A stretch of 64,000 nucleotides of DNA from Acidobacteriota bacterium (lineage in GTDB: Bacteria; Acidobacteriota; UBA890; WLXD01), in NCBI GenBank assembly GCA_965205505.1, contig CBDBHB010000009.1, forward strand, positions 1,248,001 to 1,312,000, given 5' to 3'. The notes beneath the pieces were generated by a model. The model saw nothing but the letters and a program-made list of their open reading frames with translations, was not told where the DNA came from and ran no database searches. Made by a program: the position numbers and the translations under genes. Position 1 is the stretch's first letter, and every line of letters begins with the position of its first letter. Positions 40,611 through 51,153 of this stretch are shown piece by piece.

Positions 40611-41375
40611 CTAGCTGGCATCTCCAACCTCCTGCAGCTCCTGGTCTTTCGGTTTGCTTTCTAGGAGAGACGTGCGTTTCTTGATTACAACGCAGAGCAG
40701 GAATAGAGGCGACGCACCGGTGAGCAGGACCGCCCAGCTCAACGGCAGCGCCAGCCCCGGGCCGTGTAGCCACGATCGCCAGAGAACGAGCGAACAGAAC
40801 AGAGCACCGGTGGCGAGCAGCGCGTTGTACTCACGCCGTAGCACGCGGCGCATCGAAAACGGCGCGCGCGGCGATCGCCATACCGTGGCTGAGGGCAGAA
40901 ACGCGGGTGTCAGCTTGGCCCAGGCTCGGAAGTTGTCGCCGAAGCGCGCCTCGAGGAAGTCCTCCTCAGCGCACATGATGCGCTCGTGGCAGATCCAGAA
41001 CCCCAGCACGCAGATGAGCGCGACCCAGACTGAGCGCACGAAGAGCGTCGGTCCGAGCCACATCAGAAGGTTCCCGAGATACAACGGATGCCGCACGAGC
41101 GAGTAGGCGCCGGTCGTATTCAGCTCGCCGGCCGCTTGTTTGTGCACGTTCCCGCCCGAGGTGAACGGCGGGGCGTGACCGATCGTATAGATCCGGAGCA
41201 TCAGGCCCAGCAGGCTTACGGCCAGCGCCAGCCAGTCCCACCAGGCGGCCAACGGCCATATCGGGGCGGGTGGCAACGCGATGGCGGCGAACAGCAGTAG
41301 GGCCAGCGGTACGGGCACGTAGCTCCTCCACCGGTAGAGCGTGTCGCCCTGTTGCCGCAGCTCGTCTAGGAGCAT
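40611..41375 (-). CDS. ICMT-family membrane methyltransferase, LmtA (lipid A phosphate methyltransferase)-like
   Basis: QQGDTLYRWRSYVP, TSGGN..Q.A.ELNTTGAYSLVRHPLYLGN, ERIMCAEEDFL..FG, TPAFLP, VLRREY. Confidence 0.75.
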   Translation of the reverse strand: MLLDELRQQGDTLYRWRSYVPVPLALLLFAAIALPPAPIWPLAAWWDWLALAVSLLGLMLRIYTIGHAPPFTSGGNVHKQAAGELNTTGAYSLVRHPLYLGNLLMWLGPTLFVRSVWVALICVLGFWICHERIMCAEEDFLEARFGDNFRAWAKLTPAFLPSATVWRSPRAPFSMRRVLRREYNALLATGALFCSLVLWRSWLHGPGLALPLSWAVLLTGASPLFLLCVVIKKRTSLLESKPKDQELQEVGDAS

Positions 41376-41577
41376 TGCCGCCGCCGGGAGCCGGGCGTGC
41401 CGACATGCGGCGCCGTTAAGCAGCGTGAGCCGACTGTCGCCGCCACGATTGCCGAGAGCATATTCGAACGCTATGAGCAACGTTGGTCGTGCGCCATCCG
41501 ACGGACGGCGTACGTCACGATTGTAGGATGGGTAATGTCGCACTAGGCGGTTCGACCGATGATCGGGCAGTCGGTCG

Positions 41578-42360
41578 GTGCGAGCTTTCCTCTCCATGAG
41601 ACTCGTCGCGCGCCCATTGGTGGCTGGGACCCTGGCGCTGTGCTCGGTGCTCTGGGCTGCGGGCCCTGCGAGGGCGCAGCAGCAACCAAGCGCCCTGGAG
41701 GAGCTGTTTGCTCCGGCAGACCTCATCCGAAGTCTGGGCGAGATAGCTACGGGCAAGGACACCACTGGCCTGGCCATCCTCGCAACTGGTCTGGGGCTGT
41801 CGATGGCCAGCCTGGACGAGGCCGACGAGTGGGCATTTCGCGCCATCGGTCCCAGGTCGTTGGGAACCGGTAGTGATGTGCTCTCGGTCGCCGGGTCGAG
41901 GTTGGTGCTCTATCCGGCGTTGATCGGGGGGTTCTTCGTGAGCCAAGCTCTCGAGAAGCCCGGCATTGCGGCGACCTCGGCCCGCGCCGTCCGCGCTCTG
42001 CTGATCACCGATCTCATCGTCGCACCGACGAAGCTCGTCGTGGCGCGCCAACGACCCGATGGCTCCAACCGCCGGTCCTTTCCTTCAGGCCACGCCGCCG
42101 GCTCGTTCGCGGTTGCCGTGGCGATGAGTCACCGGACGGGTGCGGCTGTGAAGATCCCAGTGTTTGCGCTGGCCGCTGCCATCTCGGTGTCACGAATCGA
42201 CAAGCGACGCCATTTCCTCTCAGACGTGCTGGCCGGGGCGGCGATCGGTTTGGTCGCTGGTCGGGCCGTGAACCGGCGGGCTGGCGTCACCCGAGTGCAG
42301 GTCCACCCGGTGATTGGCTCCCACGGAGGCAGCGGTGTTGGGTTCACGCTCCTTTACTGA
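41578..42360 (+). CDS. PAP2 family phosphatase
   Basis: K....RQRP, SFPSGH, SRI...RHFLSDVLAG. Confidence 0.9.
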   Translation: MRAFLSMRLVARPLVAGTLALCSVLWAAGPARAQQQPSALEELFAPADLIRSLGEIATGKDTTGLAILATGLGLSMASLDEADEWAFRAIGPRSLGTGSDVLSVAGSRLVLYPALIGGFFVSQALEKPGIAATSARAVRALLITDLIVAPTKLVVARQRPDGSNRRSFPSGHAAGSFAVAVAMSHRTGAAVKIPVFALAAAISVSRIDKRRHFLSDVLAGAAIGLVAGRAVNRRAGVTRVQVHPVIGSHGGSGVGFTLLY

Positions 42361-42422
42361 GACCGTAGGTTGGCGTGATGGCAATGTTGGGGCTGCGGCG
42401 ACATCGTAGCGACTTGGTCACG

Positions 42423-42823
42423 ATGTTTCCGAAGACCGTCGCGCTCCTGCTGGTCATGCCGGTTGCGGTATCGTCCTGCGGCGTCGCGCCGATCCGTTAG
42501 ACGAGCCACGTTCTCGTCGGGGCCGACGACATTGCCTCGTGTAACTCACGCGGCGACGAGCGCACCGCGTTGCTGCTCGACGAAGTCGAAGGCACGAACT
42601 TCACCGCCGGAGACAACCACCCGCTCTTTTCGTCCGATAGCCACAGCCGTCAGTAACGGGTGCGGGAGTTCTGGGAGCTGCTCTTCGAGGATGGCGCCGA
42701 CGTCGTCGTCAACGGCCACGACCATCACTACGAGCGCTTCGTGCCCCTGACGCCGGACGGTGAGCCCGACCCGGATCACGGCATTCGACAGTTCATCGCT
42801 GGCACCGGCTGCCTTCGAGTTAG
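42423..42823 (+). pseudogene. Metallophosphoesterase remnant with internal deletion and stops
   Basis: LVGADDIASC..TAGDN joined directly to HPLFSS..ADVVVNGHDHHYERF..GIRQFIAGTG. Two in-frame stops. Confidence 0.7.
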
Positions 42824-44334
42824 CGACCGGAGTACATCTTTCCGAGCACCGGGCGCCCCGGTCGCGCACCCTCGACGGTCTCCCCGTCACGCACCACGAA
42901 GGTGCCGTTCACCAGCACGTGCTCGACGCCTTCCGCAAACGACAGGTCTTCTTCGAAGGTCGCAGTGTCGATGATTCGGCTGGGCGCGAACACCGTGATG
43001 TCGGCGTCGCTGCCCACCTGAATGCGCCCTTTGCGAGCCATTGCCGGGGCAATTTTCTCGAGGCGTCGCGCCGGCATGAGCGAGACCTTCGACAGGGCCT
43101 CGAGCAACGGCATGATCTCCAGCTCGCGCACGTAGTATCCCAGGAAGCGCGAGAACGTTCCGGCGCTACGTGGGTGGGCGCCGGGTGCGTAGGGCATGCC
43201 GTCTGAGGCCACCATGACGAACGGCGTGCGCATGGCCAACTCGATCCACGCGGGCTTCATCACGTGGATGATCACTGTGCCGCCCTCGGCGCGGTACTTC
43301 TTGAAGGTCTCTTCCGTGAGGCGCTCGCCGGTGTCCTCCCACTGGATATCGTCGTAGCTTATGCCGAGCTTTTCCTGCCAGCCGTCGTCGAAGATGGCCG
43401 AGCCGATGCCGGTCGAGGCAGCGGTGTAAGGGTAGGCCTCGGTGCTGATGTCCATGCCTCGTCGCTGGGCGGCGGCGATCATGTCCAGCACCGTCGGCAA
43501 GTTGCCCAGGCTCATGCTGTTGACGTGCACGATATGCAACGGCGCACCGGTCATGGCGGCGTTGGCGATGACTTCCTGGAACGCCTCGACCTCCATGCTG
43601 CGCACATGCGTATAGATGGGAACATCCCACTCGGCGGCCATCTGGAAGACGCGGAAGATCTCGTCGTGGTCAGCGCCGGGGTAGTACTGGTGCGGTACAC
43701 CGAGACCCAGACCGCCGGCACCCAGTCCCCGTTCGAATCGGTCGCGCAGTCCGCCGATCGCCTGGCGATCGATGGGGTCGTAGCCGGTGCGTGCGAGCGC
43801 GCTCATGATCTCCGCGATCCCGGCGGCGCCCTCGGACTCAGACGCGAACATCTCCTCGAGCCGGGTCGTCTCGGTTGCTCGGTCGGGCATCGCCCAGACG
43901 CGACTGAAGTCGTGCGCTACCGAGGCGCCGAAATTGAGGATCGAGTCGCCGCGGCGACGGTTGAAGAAGCTCGCCACATCGCCGACACCGCCTTCGAGCT
44001 CGAGCGCAGTCGTAACGCCGTCGTGGGCCTGGTAGATGTTGGCGTCGTTGCTCTGACCATGGGCGTGGAGGTCGATGAACCCCGGTGCCACCACCAATCC
44101 GGAAACGTCGACGATCACATCGCCCCGCAGCGCGCCCTCGGAGATCGCGTCGATTCTGTCGCCGCGAATGCCGACATTACGTACCGCATCGAGCCGGGTC
44201 TCCGGGTCGAGAACGCGCCCACCGGCCAGCACGATGTCGAAAGTCTCACCGGTCTGTGCGTTGCTGGGCGAGGCGAGAGCAACGATCACGACAATGAGCA
44301 GGCCGAGGGGGGATTGCTTCAACGCGTCTGGCAT
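42820..44334 (-). CDS. Amidohydrolase, N-acyl-D-amino-acid deacylase-like
   Basis: VAPGFIDLHAH, MVASDG, HPRSAGTF, KGRIQVGSDADITVF. Confidence 0.9.
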   Translation of the reverse strand: MPDALKQSPLGLLIVVIVALASPSNAQTGETFDIVLAGGRVLDPETRLDAVRNVGIRGDRIDAISEGALRGDVIVDVSGLVVAPGFIDLHAHGQSNDANIYQAHDGVTTALELEGGVGDVASFFNRRRGDSILNFGASVAHDFSRVWAMPDRATETTRLEEMFASESEGAAGIAEIMSALARTGYDPIDRQAIGGLRDRFERGLGAGGLGLGVPHQYYPGADHDEIFRVFQMAAEWDVPIYTHVRSMEVEAFQEVIANAAMTGAPLHIVHVNSMSLGNLPTVLDMIAAAQRRGMDISTEAYPYTAASTGIGSAIFDDGWQEKLGISYDDIQWEDTGERLTEETFKKYRAEGGTVIIHVMKPAWIELAMRTPFVMVASDGMPYAPGAHPRSAGTFSRFLGYYVRELEIMPLLEALSKVSLMPARRLEKIAPAMARKGRIQVGSDADITVFAPSRIIDTATFEEDLSFAEGVEHVLVNGTFVVRDGETVEGARPGRPVLGKMYSGR

Positions 44335-44427
44335 GGGGGTCTCCTCATGAGCACACCGGAGATCGTGCGGCGGTTGCGGATGGGCCATCGGGCCGCACCA
44401 TAGCAGAAGCTCGCCCGCTACGGTCTG

Positions 44428-44600
44428 CTAGTCGTGTGCCTGCAGCAAAGCTGTGAGCAGCGCGTCTGCGGATTCGCTGAGGGTCGTGGCACCGCTGTTG
44501 TAGTTGCGCAACAGGACGGCGCCATACCCGCTGTCGGGCTCGAATACCAGGTAGGCCGTGTAGCCGGCGACCGACCCCCCGTGGCGACCGAATCGGCAAC
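44428..44600 (-). pseudogene. Serine hydrolase/beta-lactamase C-terminal fragment
   Basis: HGGSVAGYTAYLVFEPDSGYGAVLLRN. Confidence 0.55.
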
Positions 44601-44692
44601 CAAGTTCGCCAGCTGGGTGCACCTCTGGCGCCCTGTTAGACTCGCGCCGACACTGGACCCATGTTTCAATTACCACCTGCGCTGGGGACTTT

Positions 44693-44951
44693 GATGACAG
44701 CACACGCTCGAACAGCGTTCCTTGCGGCAGTCTGCCTTGTGCTGGCCTCGACCCTGAGTGCCGCTCAGTCCGAGCCGCTGCTTACCGAGGACGAGGTCGA
44801 GGGGGTGCTCGGTATGTCGGTACAGATCGATAGCCGCGGCAACAACGGGTTCATCCTGTCGGTTACCTACCCGACCGGGAGGCCCACCGGGATCACCGAT
44901 CTCGAGGAAACAGCCGTGGCGCTGGCCAAGATCGCGGCCGCGAAACTCTGA
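44693..44951 (+). CDS. Small secreted hypothetical protein (possibly internally deleted)
   Basis: Signal peptide, LLTEDEVEGVLG..., ALAKIAAAKL. Confidence 0.45.
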
Positions 44952-45038
44952 GCGGTGGTAGGCTGCGCGCCACCCCGGGCAACCCTCCAGCCGGGTTTCT
45001 GAGGCCGATCGAAAACAACCAGCAGGAGGTACCACGTC

Positions 45039-47045
45039 GTGGGAGGCTCCCGTAGGCGCGACCTTGGTATGGACCGTGAGATCACGCGGCGCGACTTCGT
45101 CAACGGCATGGCGGTGCCGGTGGGCGGGGCGCTCGCCTTGCCGAGCCTGGGTCGGGGTAAGGCCGCGCCAGCTGCGCGGCACGCGGCGCCGGCGGTACCG
45201 CAGGATCCGGCCGACTACCCGCCAGTGCGACACGGGTTGCGTGGCAGCCACGACGGTTCGTTCGAGGTCGCCCATCAGATGCGCGATCAGCGTGGTTGGG
45301 ACTTCTCGGGTGCCGTCGATACCGATGAGCGCTACGACCTGGTGGTGGTCGGTGGCGGCATCAGCGGCCTGGCCGCGGCACAGATTTTCGTCAAGAACGT
45401 CGGCCGCGAGGCTCGCGTCCTGATCCTCGACAACCACGACGACTGCGGCGGCCACGCCAAGCGCAACGAGTTCCACTACAACGGGCGTATGCTGGCGCTC
45501 AATGGCGGGACCTACAACATCGAGTCGTACGGGCGCTACAACCAGCCGTCGCGGCGGTTGCTGACCGACATCGGTATCGATCTTGACCGCTACATGGAAG
45601 ACAACGCCGATAGCCAGCAGATGTACAGCCGCATGGGGCTCGGATCGGCCTACTTCTTCGATGCTGAGACCTGGGGTGAGGATCGGCTGGTGAAGCGCTC
45701 CGGCGGGTACGGTGGGCTCGACGCCGATTTCCTGGCCAAGACGCCGCTGTCGCCCAAAGCCCGGCACGACTACCTGGCACTCTACTCGGGAGACCAACCG
45801 GACCACTTCCCGGGCCTGTCGTCCGCCGAGAAGAAGGAGCGGTTGGCGAAGATTTCTTACACCGACTACATGCTCGAGGTGGTGAAGGTCGATCCCGAGG
45901 TCATGTGGTTCTTCGCCGGCAGCGGCAACGGCGTGTTTGCGGTCGGCGCCGACGCGCTGCCGGCGCTGTTTGCGTGGAGCATGGGGCAACCGGGGTTTGA
46001 CGGCCTGGACCTCGAACCGATGCCCGACGGCGTGTTCGCCGACCTACCCGGTGGAATTCACGGACGCCAGCGGCCAAGCGGCGAAGAGGTCCATTTCCCC
46101 GACGGCAACGCCACCATCACGCGGCTCCTGGTGCGATGGCTGATCCCTGACGCCGTTCCCGGCAAGACCCAGGAGGACGTCGGGGTTGCACGGGTGGCCT
46201 ACGATCTGCTGGACCGTGAGGGCCAAACTGCCCGCATCCGGCTCAACAGTACGGTGGTGCATGCACGACACACCAGCTCCTCAGGCAACGACGCGGTCGA
46301 GGTCAGCTACGTGCACGACGGCAGGACCTACCACGTTCGCGGGCGCCACTGTGTCATGGCGTGCTGGAACCGTGTGATCCCGTATTTGGTTCCCGAGATG
46401 CCAGTGAAGCAGAAGGAGGCACTGGCGTTCGCGGTGAAAGGCCCACTCTTCTACACCAGCGTCGCCGTCCGCAACTGGAACTCTTTCGTGAAACTGGGCG
46501 TGAGCTCCGTTAGTACGCCGACCATGCAACACACTTCCGTCGGCCTCGATCAAGCGGTGAGCCTCGGCGACCTCCGACACGCTGAGTCGCCCGAGGAGCC
46601 CATCGTTCTTTCGCTCGAGGGCTACCTGAACTACCCGGGGCGGACGCGCAAGGAGCAGCACAAGATGGGCCGCGAGGAGCTCCTCGCTACCTCGTTCGAG
46701 ACCTGGGAGGAGAGGATCCGCGACCAACTCGGGCGGGTGCTGGGTGGCGGTGGCTTCGATCCGGCCGAGGACATCGTTGCCATCGCCGTCAACCGCTGGC
46801 CGCACGGATACGCGTACACCTACAACAGCCTCTACGATCCGATGGAATGGGTGTTTACGACCAGCGACGAGCGTCCCTGTGTGGTTGCACGGCAGCCCTT
46901 CGGATCGATTACGATCGCCAACTCCGACGCTGCCGCCAGCCCACACACGGACGCCGCCATACTGGAGGCACACCGGGCCGTGCAGGAGGTGTTGCAGCGC
47001 CGGGCCATGCCGGCGATCGGCAGACCGGCCAGCGGGCCGCAGTGA
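45039..47045 (+). CDS. Tat-exported flavoprotein, spermidine dehydrogenase SpdH-like (copy 1)
   Basis: ITRRDFVNG Tat motif, YPP..GLRGSH, VVVGGGISGLAAA, GGHAKRNEF, HFPDGNA, VNRWPHGY. Confidence 0.85.
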   Translation: MGGSRRRDLGMDREITRRDFVNGMAVPVGGALALPSLGRGKAAPAARHAAPAVPQDPADYPPVRHGLRGSHDGSFEVAHQMRDQRGWDFSGAVDTDERYDLVVVGGGISGLAAAQIFVKNVGREARVLILDNHDDCGGHAKRNEFHYNGRMLALNGGTYNIESYGRYNQPSRRLLTDIGIDLDRYMEDNADSQQMYSRMGLGSAYFFDAETWGEDRLVKRSGGYGGLDADFLAKTPLSPKARHDYLALYSGDQPDHFPGLSSAEKKERLAKISYTDYMLEVVKVDPEVMWFFAGSGNGVFAVGADALPALFAWSMGQPGFDGLDLEPMPDGVFADLPGGIHGRQRPSGEEVHFPDGNATITRLLVRWLIPDAVPGKTQEDVGVARVAYDLLDREGQTARIRLNSTVVHARHTSSSGNDAVEVSYVHDGRTYHVRGRHCVMACWNRVIPYLVPEMPVKQKEALAFAVKGPLFYTSVAVRNWNSFVKLGVSSVSTPTMQHTSVGLDQAVSLGDLRHAESPEEPIVLSLEGYLNYPGRTRKEQHKMGREELLATSFETWEERIRDQLGRVLGGGGFDPAEDIVAIAVNRWPHGYAYTYNSLYDPMEWVFTTSDERPCVVARQPFGSITIANSDAAASPHTDAAILEAHRAVQEVLQRRAMPAIGRPASGPQ

Positions 47046-47132
47046 AAGTGAAGGATGCTAGGTTGTGCGATCAGAGGCATGCTCTCGATCGGGTTTTGAG
47101 ACCGATTGAAACCAATTAGCAGGAGGTGCTGC

Positions 47133-49133
47133 GTGGGACGTAGACGTGACCTGGGTATGGACCGTCAGATCACTCGGCGCGACTTCGTCAACGGCGTGGC
47201 GGTTCCGATTGGCGGGGCGCTCGCCCTCCCGAACCTGGGCCGACGCAAGGCCGCACCAGCTGTCCGGTCCGCGGCGCCGGTGGTACCACAGGATCCCGCC
47301 GACTATCCGCCACTGCGACACGGGTTGCGCGGCAGCCATGCCGGCTCGCTCGAAGTCGGCCACCAGATGCGCGATCAGCGCGGCTGGGACTTCTCCGATG
47401 CGGTGGACAGCGGCGAGCGCTACGACCTGGTGGTGGTCGGTGGCGGTATCAGCGGCCTGGCCGCGGCCCAGATGTTCGTCAAGAACGTCGGACGCCAGGC
47501 CCGCGTGTTGATTCTCGACAACCACGACGACTTCGGCGGCCACGCCAAGCGCAACGAGTTCCACTACAACGGGCGCATGATGGCGCTCAACGGTGGGACG
47601 CTCAACATCGAGTCCTACGGACGATACAACCAGCCCGCCCGGCGGCTGCTCGCCGACATCGGCATCGATGTGGAGCGCTTCCGCGCCGACAATGCCGACA
47701 GTCGCCAGATGTACCGTCGCATGGGGCTCGGATCTGCCTACTTCTTCGACGCCGAGACCTGGGGTGAGGATCGGCTGGTCACGCGCTCCGGAGGTCCCTA
47801 CGGCGGGCTCGACGCCGACTTCCTGGCCAAGACGCCGCTGTCGCCCAAGGCCCAGCGCGACTACCTGGCGCTCTACTCGGGAGACCAACCCGACCACTTC
47901 CCGGGCCTGTCGTCGACCGAGAAGAAGGAGCGGTTGGCGAAGATGAGCTACACCGACTACATGCTCGAGGTGGTGAAGGTCGATCCCGAGGTCATGTGGT
48001 TCTTCGCCGGCAGCGGCAACGGCGTGTTCGCCGTCGGTGCCGACGCGCTGCCGGCACTGTACGCGTGGATCATGGGGCAACCGGGGTTTGACGGCCTGGA
48101 CCTCGAACCGATGCCGGACGGCGTGCTCGCCGACCTGCCCGGTGGAATTCACGGACGCCAGCGCGAGAGCGAAGAGAGTGCCGTCCACTTCCCGGACGGC
48201 AACGCCACCGTCACTCGGCTCATGGTCCGCTGGCTGATTCCCGACGCCGTTCCGGGCGAGACCCAGGAGGATGTCGGCACGGCGCGCGTCGCTTATGACC
48301 TGCTGGACCGTGAGGGCCAGACGGCGCGCATTCGGCTCAACAGCACGGTCGTGCGTGCCAGACATATCGGGTCCTCGGGTACCGATGGCGTCGAGGTGAG
48401 CTATGTGCACGACGGCAGGACCTACCACGTGCGCGGGCGCCACTGCGTCATGGCGTGCTGGAACCGAGTGATTCCGTACCTCGTTCCCGAGATGCCCGAG
48501 AAGCAGAAGGAGGCGCTCGCCTTCGCGTTGAAGGGGCCGCTAGTCTACACCAGCGTCGCCGTCCGGAACTGGACCGCGTTCGAGAAGCTGGGCGTGAGAA
48601 GTATCGCCACGCCGACGATGTATCACGACCGCGTCGGTCTGGACGAGGCGGTGAGCCTGGGCGACCTGCGACACGCGGAGTCGCCCGAGGAACCCATCGT
48701 GCTGTCGCTCAGCCGCCACCTCAATTACCCCGGTGAACGGCGCAAGCGGCAGCACGTGATGGGTCGTGAGGAGCTCCTGGCGACGCCGTTCGAGACCTGG
48801 GAGGAGAAGATCCGCGACCAGCTCGGGCGGGTGCTGGGGGGCGGCGGTTTCGATCCGGCCGAGGACATCGTGGCCATCGCCGTGAACCGCTGGCCGCATG
48901 GCTACTCCTACACCTACAACACGCTCTACGACCCAATGGAGTGGGCGTTCACGACCACCGACGAGCGCCCGTGCGTGATCGCGCGCCAGCCGTTCGGCTC
49001 GATCACGATCGCCAACTCGGATGCGGCCGCCAGCCCCCACACTGACGCCGCCATCCTGGAGGCGCACCGCGCCGTACAGGAGGTTCTGCAGCGACGCTCG
49101 ATGCCGTCGATGAGCAAGCTGCCGACCAACTAA
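47133..49133 (+). CDS. Tat-exported flavoprotein, spermidine dehydrogenase SpdH-like (copy 2)
   Basis: Same motifs. Tandem paralog with a similar upstream region and AGGAGG RBS. Confidence 0.85.
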   Translation: MGRRRDLGMDRQITRRDFVNGVAVPIGGALALPNLGRRKAAPAVRSAAPVVPQDPADYPPLRHGLRGSHAGSLEVGHQMRDQRGWDFSDAVDSGERYDLVVVGGGISGLAAAQMFVKNVGRQARVLILDNHDDFGGHAKRNEFHYNGRMMALNGGTLNIESYGRYNQPARRLLADIGIDVERFRADNADSRQMYRRMGLGSAYFFDAETWGEDRLVTRSGGPYGGLDADFLAKTPLSPKAQRDYLALYSGDQPDHFPGLSSTEKKERLAKMSYTDYMLEVVKVDPEVMWFFAGSGNGVFAVGADALPALYAWIMGQPGFDGLDLEPMPDGVLADLPGGIHGRQRESEESAVHFPDGNATVTRLMVRWLIPDAVPGETQEDVGTARVAYDLLDREGQTARIRLNSTVVRARHIGSSGTDGVEVSYVHDGRTYHVRGRHCVMACWNRVIPYLVPEMPEKQKEALAFALKGPLVYTSVAVRNWTAFEKLGVRSIATPTMYHDRVGLDEAVSLGDLRHAESPEEPIVLSLSRHLNYPGERRKRQHVMGREELLATPFETWEEKIRDQLGRVLGGGGFDPAEDIVAIAVNRWPHGYSYTYNTLYDPMEWAFTTTDERPCVIARQPFGSITIANSDAAASPHTDAAILEAHRAVQEVLQRRSMPSMSKLPTN

Positions 49134-49135
49134 AG

Positions 49136-49165
49136 CGTCATCGTACTCATGATCAGGAGCACTGG
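49136..49165. repeat. Solo right end of the MITE-A family
   Basis: cgtcatcgtactcatgatcaggagcactgg versus 5715-5744 (3 mismatches). Confidence 0.7.
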
Positions 49166-49230
49166 CCGGAGGTTTGTTGGGCGACCCGCGCGCTTCGCTG
49201 GTAGGCGGGAGACTGTGCTGTGCGCGGCAG

Positions 49231-49746
49231 CTACGGCTGGTTGCCGCCGGCGGCATCCGGCGAGGTCGCAACGGCGTCTGCCGTCCACTCCAGGCTCGGC
49301 TGTCCGCGCACCGTGACGACGATTTTTCCGGCCGCGAGCTCTGCATCGAACGGCCCTGGCTTCCACGCTAGTCGAGGCAGCCCGCATTCGAACAGCACGG
49401 TCGCGACGGTGAGCAGGATGCATCCCATTGCGGCGCCTTCGAACACGATGATCGCGGTTGACATGAGTGGAACGATCGGCATACCGCCGGTGACGAGCGG
49501 GTAGGCACGAGCGGTCAGCGACACCAACAGATAGGCTGCCACCCCACCGAACACGCCGCCGAGCACGGCAAGCAACGGTACACGAGAGCGCGGACGCTGC
49601 CCTGATGGCACGATGCAGTGCTCGTCGAGCGGTACGGAGCTGCGAATCTCGATGTCGTCGGGCCCGATACCGCCCCGGGACAGCAGGCTCAAAGCCTCGC
49701 GCACCTGCGAGCCGGTAGCGAACACTGCGTGAGTCACGGTCGCCAT
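49231..49746 (-). CDS. ActD/DUF3341-like membrane subunit
   Basis: HAVF...SSVPL, two TM helices with YPLVTGGMPIVP..IIVFE. Confidence 0.75.
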   Translation of the reverse strand: MATVTHAVFATGSQVREALSLLSRGGIGPDDIEIRSSVPLDEHCIVPSGQRPRSRVPLLAVLGGVFGGVAAYLLVSLTARAYPLVTGGMPIVPLMSTAIIVFEGAAMGCILLTVATVLFECGLPRLAWKPGPFDAELAAGKIVVTVRGQPSLEWTADAVATSPDAAGGNQP

Positions 49747-49752
49747 GGCCTG

Positions 49753-51153
49753 CTACGACTCCCCGCCGACGGGTCGAAGCGACGGCTGGTCGCTGGTGAG
49801 CAACTCGCCGGCGAGATGCTCACCTTCGCGTACCTCCCAGATCGACACGATCGGGGCGAATTGGAGGAATAAGAAATACAGGAACCCGAAGAGGCCGAAC
49901 GATCCGAGGAGGATTCCCCATTCCACCCAGGTGGGCCCGTAATAGCCCACCGTGTAATCCAGCCGCGGGACGCTGAGTGACCCGACCACGATCAGATAGC
50001 GCTCCAGCCACATGCCGATCAGCACACAGAGTCCGACCAGCGCTGTCCAGACCGGACGCCGCCCCCAGCGGAACGGCAGCACGGCGAGCGGGATAACGGC
50101 GTTCAGCACAAGCATCGTCCAGAACGGGGCGGCGAACCGTCCCCACACGCGCTCGTTGAACACCGCGACCTCGGCAGCCTGATCGCCATACCAGATGGTC
50201 AGGTGCTCGGCGTAGGTGAAGTAGGTCCACAGCAGCGTCATGGTGACGAACAGCAGGCCGAGGTTGTTGAACACCCGGTCGTCGAGGTATCTCTCCAGGC
50301 GCAGGCCGGCGCGTAGAAGGAACATCGCCAACATCAACACGGCGATACCCGAGTAAATGGCGCCGACCACGAAGTAAGGCCCGAAGATCGTGCTGTGCCA
50401 CATCGGTGTCAGGGTCATCGCGAAGTCCCAGGAGACGATCGTGTGGACCGAGACGGCGACTGGAATGATCACCACCGCCATGACGCCAATGCCACGCTCG
50501 AGCGAGTGCCACTGCTGTGGCGTGCCGCGCCAACCGAGGGCCATGATGCGATAGAGGAGTGCTCTGAATGTTCCGGGCTTCTCCGCCAGCACCCGATCAC
50601 GCAGAATCGCCATGTCGGGGAGCAGGGGCAGCGACAAGTAGAGCAAGCTGCCGAGCAGGTAGGCGTTGATCGCCACCATATCCCACATCAGCGGCGACCT
50701 GAAGTTGGGCCACAGCCCTCGGCTATTGGGCAACGGCAGCATGTAGTAAAAGTTCCACACGCGGCCGAGGTGGATCAGGGGAAATAATCCACCGATGCTG
50801 AGCGCGAACAACGTGATGGCCTCAGCGCAGCGCGTGATCGGTCGTCGCCATTCTGCTGCAGTCACCCGCAGGATGGCCGAGATCAGCGTGCCAGCATGGC
50901 TGATGCCGATCCAGAAAACGAAGTTGGTGATGTAGAAGCCCCAGAACACCGGTCGGTTGATGCCCGCCACGCCGATGTCGTTGCGGACCTGATAGCCCCA
51001 GCAATACAGGAACAATCCCACCAGCGCTCCGGTGACCAGGCTGCCCGCGACCAATCCGGGGCGCAGCCCGATGACGGGTCGAAAGATCGCCTCCTCGTGC
51101 CGGTGCTGTCGAGGGGTCGGTGCGTTGTCCCGACGCTCAGGCGTTGTCTCCAC
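49753..51153 (-). CDS. NrfD/PsrC-family membrane subunit (ActC-like)
   Basis: WGFYITNFVFWIGISHAGTLISAIL..WRRPITRCAE, HLGR, PNFRSPL.WD, SVHTIVSWDFA, WHSTIFGPYFV. Confidence 0.92.
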   Translation of the reverse strand: METTPERRDNAPTPRQHRHEEAIFRPVIGLRPGLVAGSLVTGALVGLFLYCWGYQVRNDIGVAGINRPVFWGFYITNFVFWIGISHAGTLISAILRVTAAEWRRPITRCAEAITLFALSIGGLFPLIHLGRVWNFYYMLPLPNSRGLWPNFRSPLMWDMVAINAYLLGSLLYLSLPLLPDMAILRDRVLAEKPGTFRALLYRIMALGWRGTPQQWHSLERGIGVMAVVIIPVAVSVHTIVSWDFAMTLTPMWHSTIFGPYFVVGAIYSGIAVLMLAMFLLRAGLRLERYLDDRVFNNLGLLFVTMTLLWTYFTYAEHLTIWYGDQAAEVAVFNERVWGRFAAPFWTMLVLNAVIPLAVLPFRWGRRPVWTALVGLCVLIGMWLERYLIVVGSLSVPRLDYTVGYYGPTWVEWGILLGSFGLFGFLYFLFLQFAPIVSIWEVREGEHLAGELLTSDQPSLRPVGGES

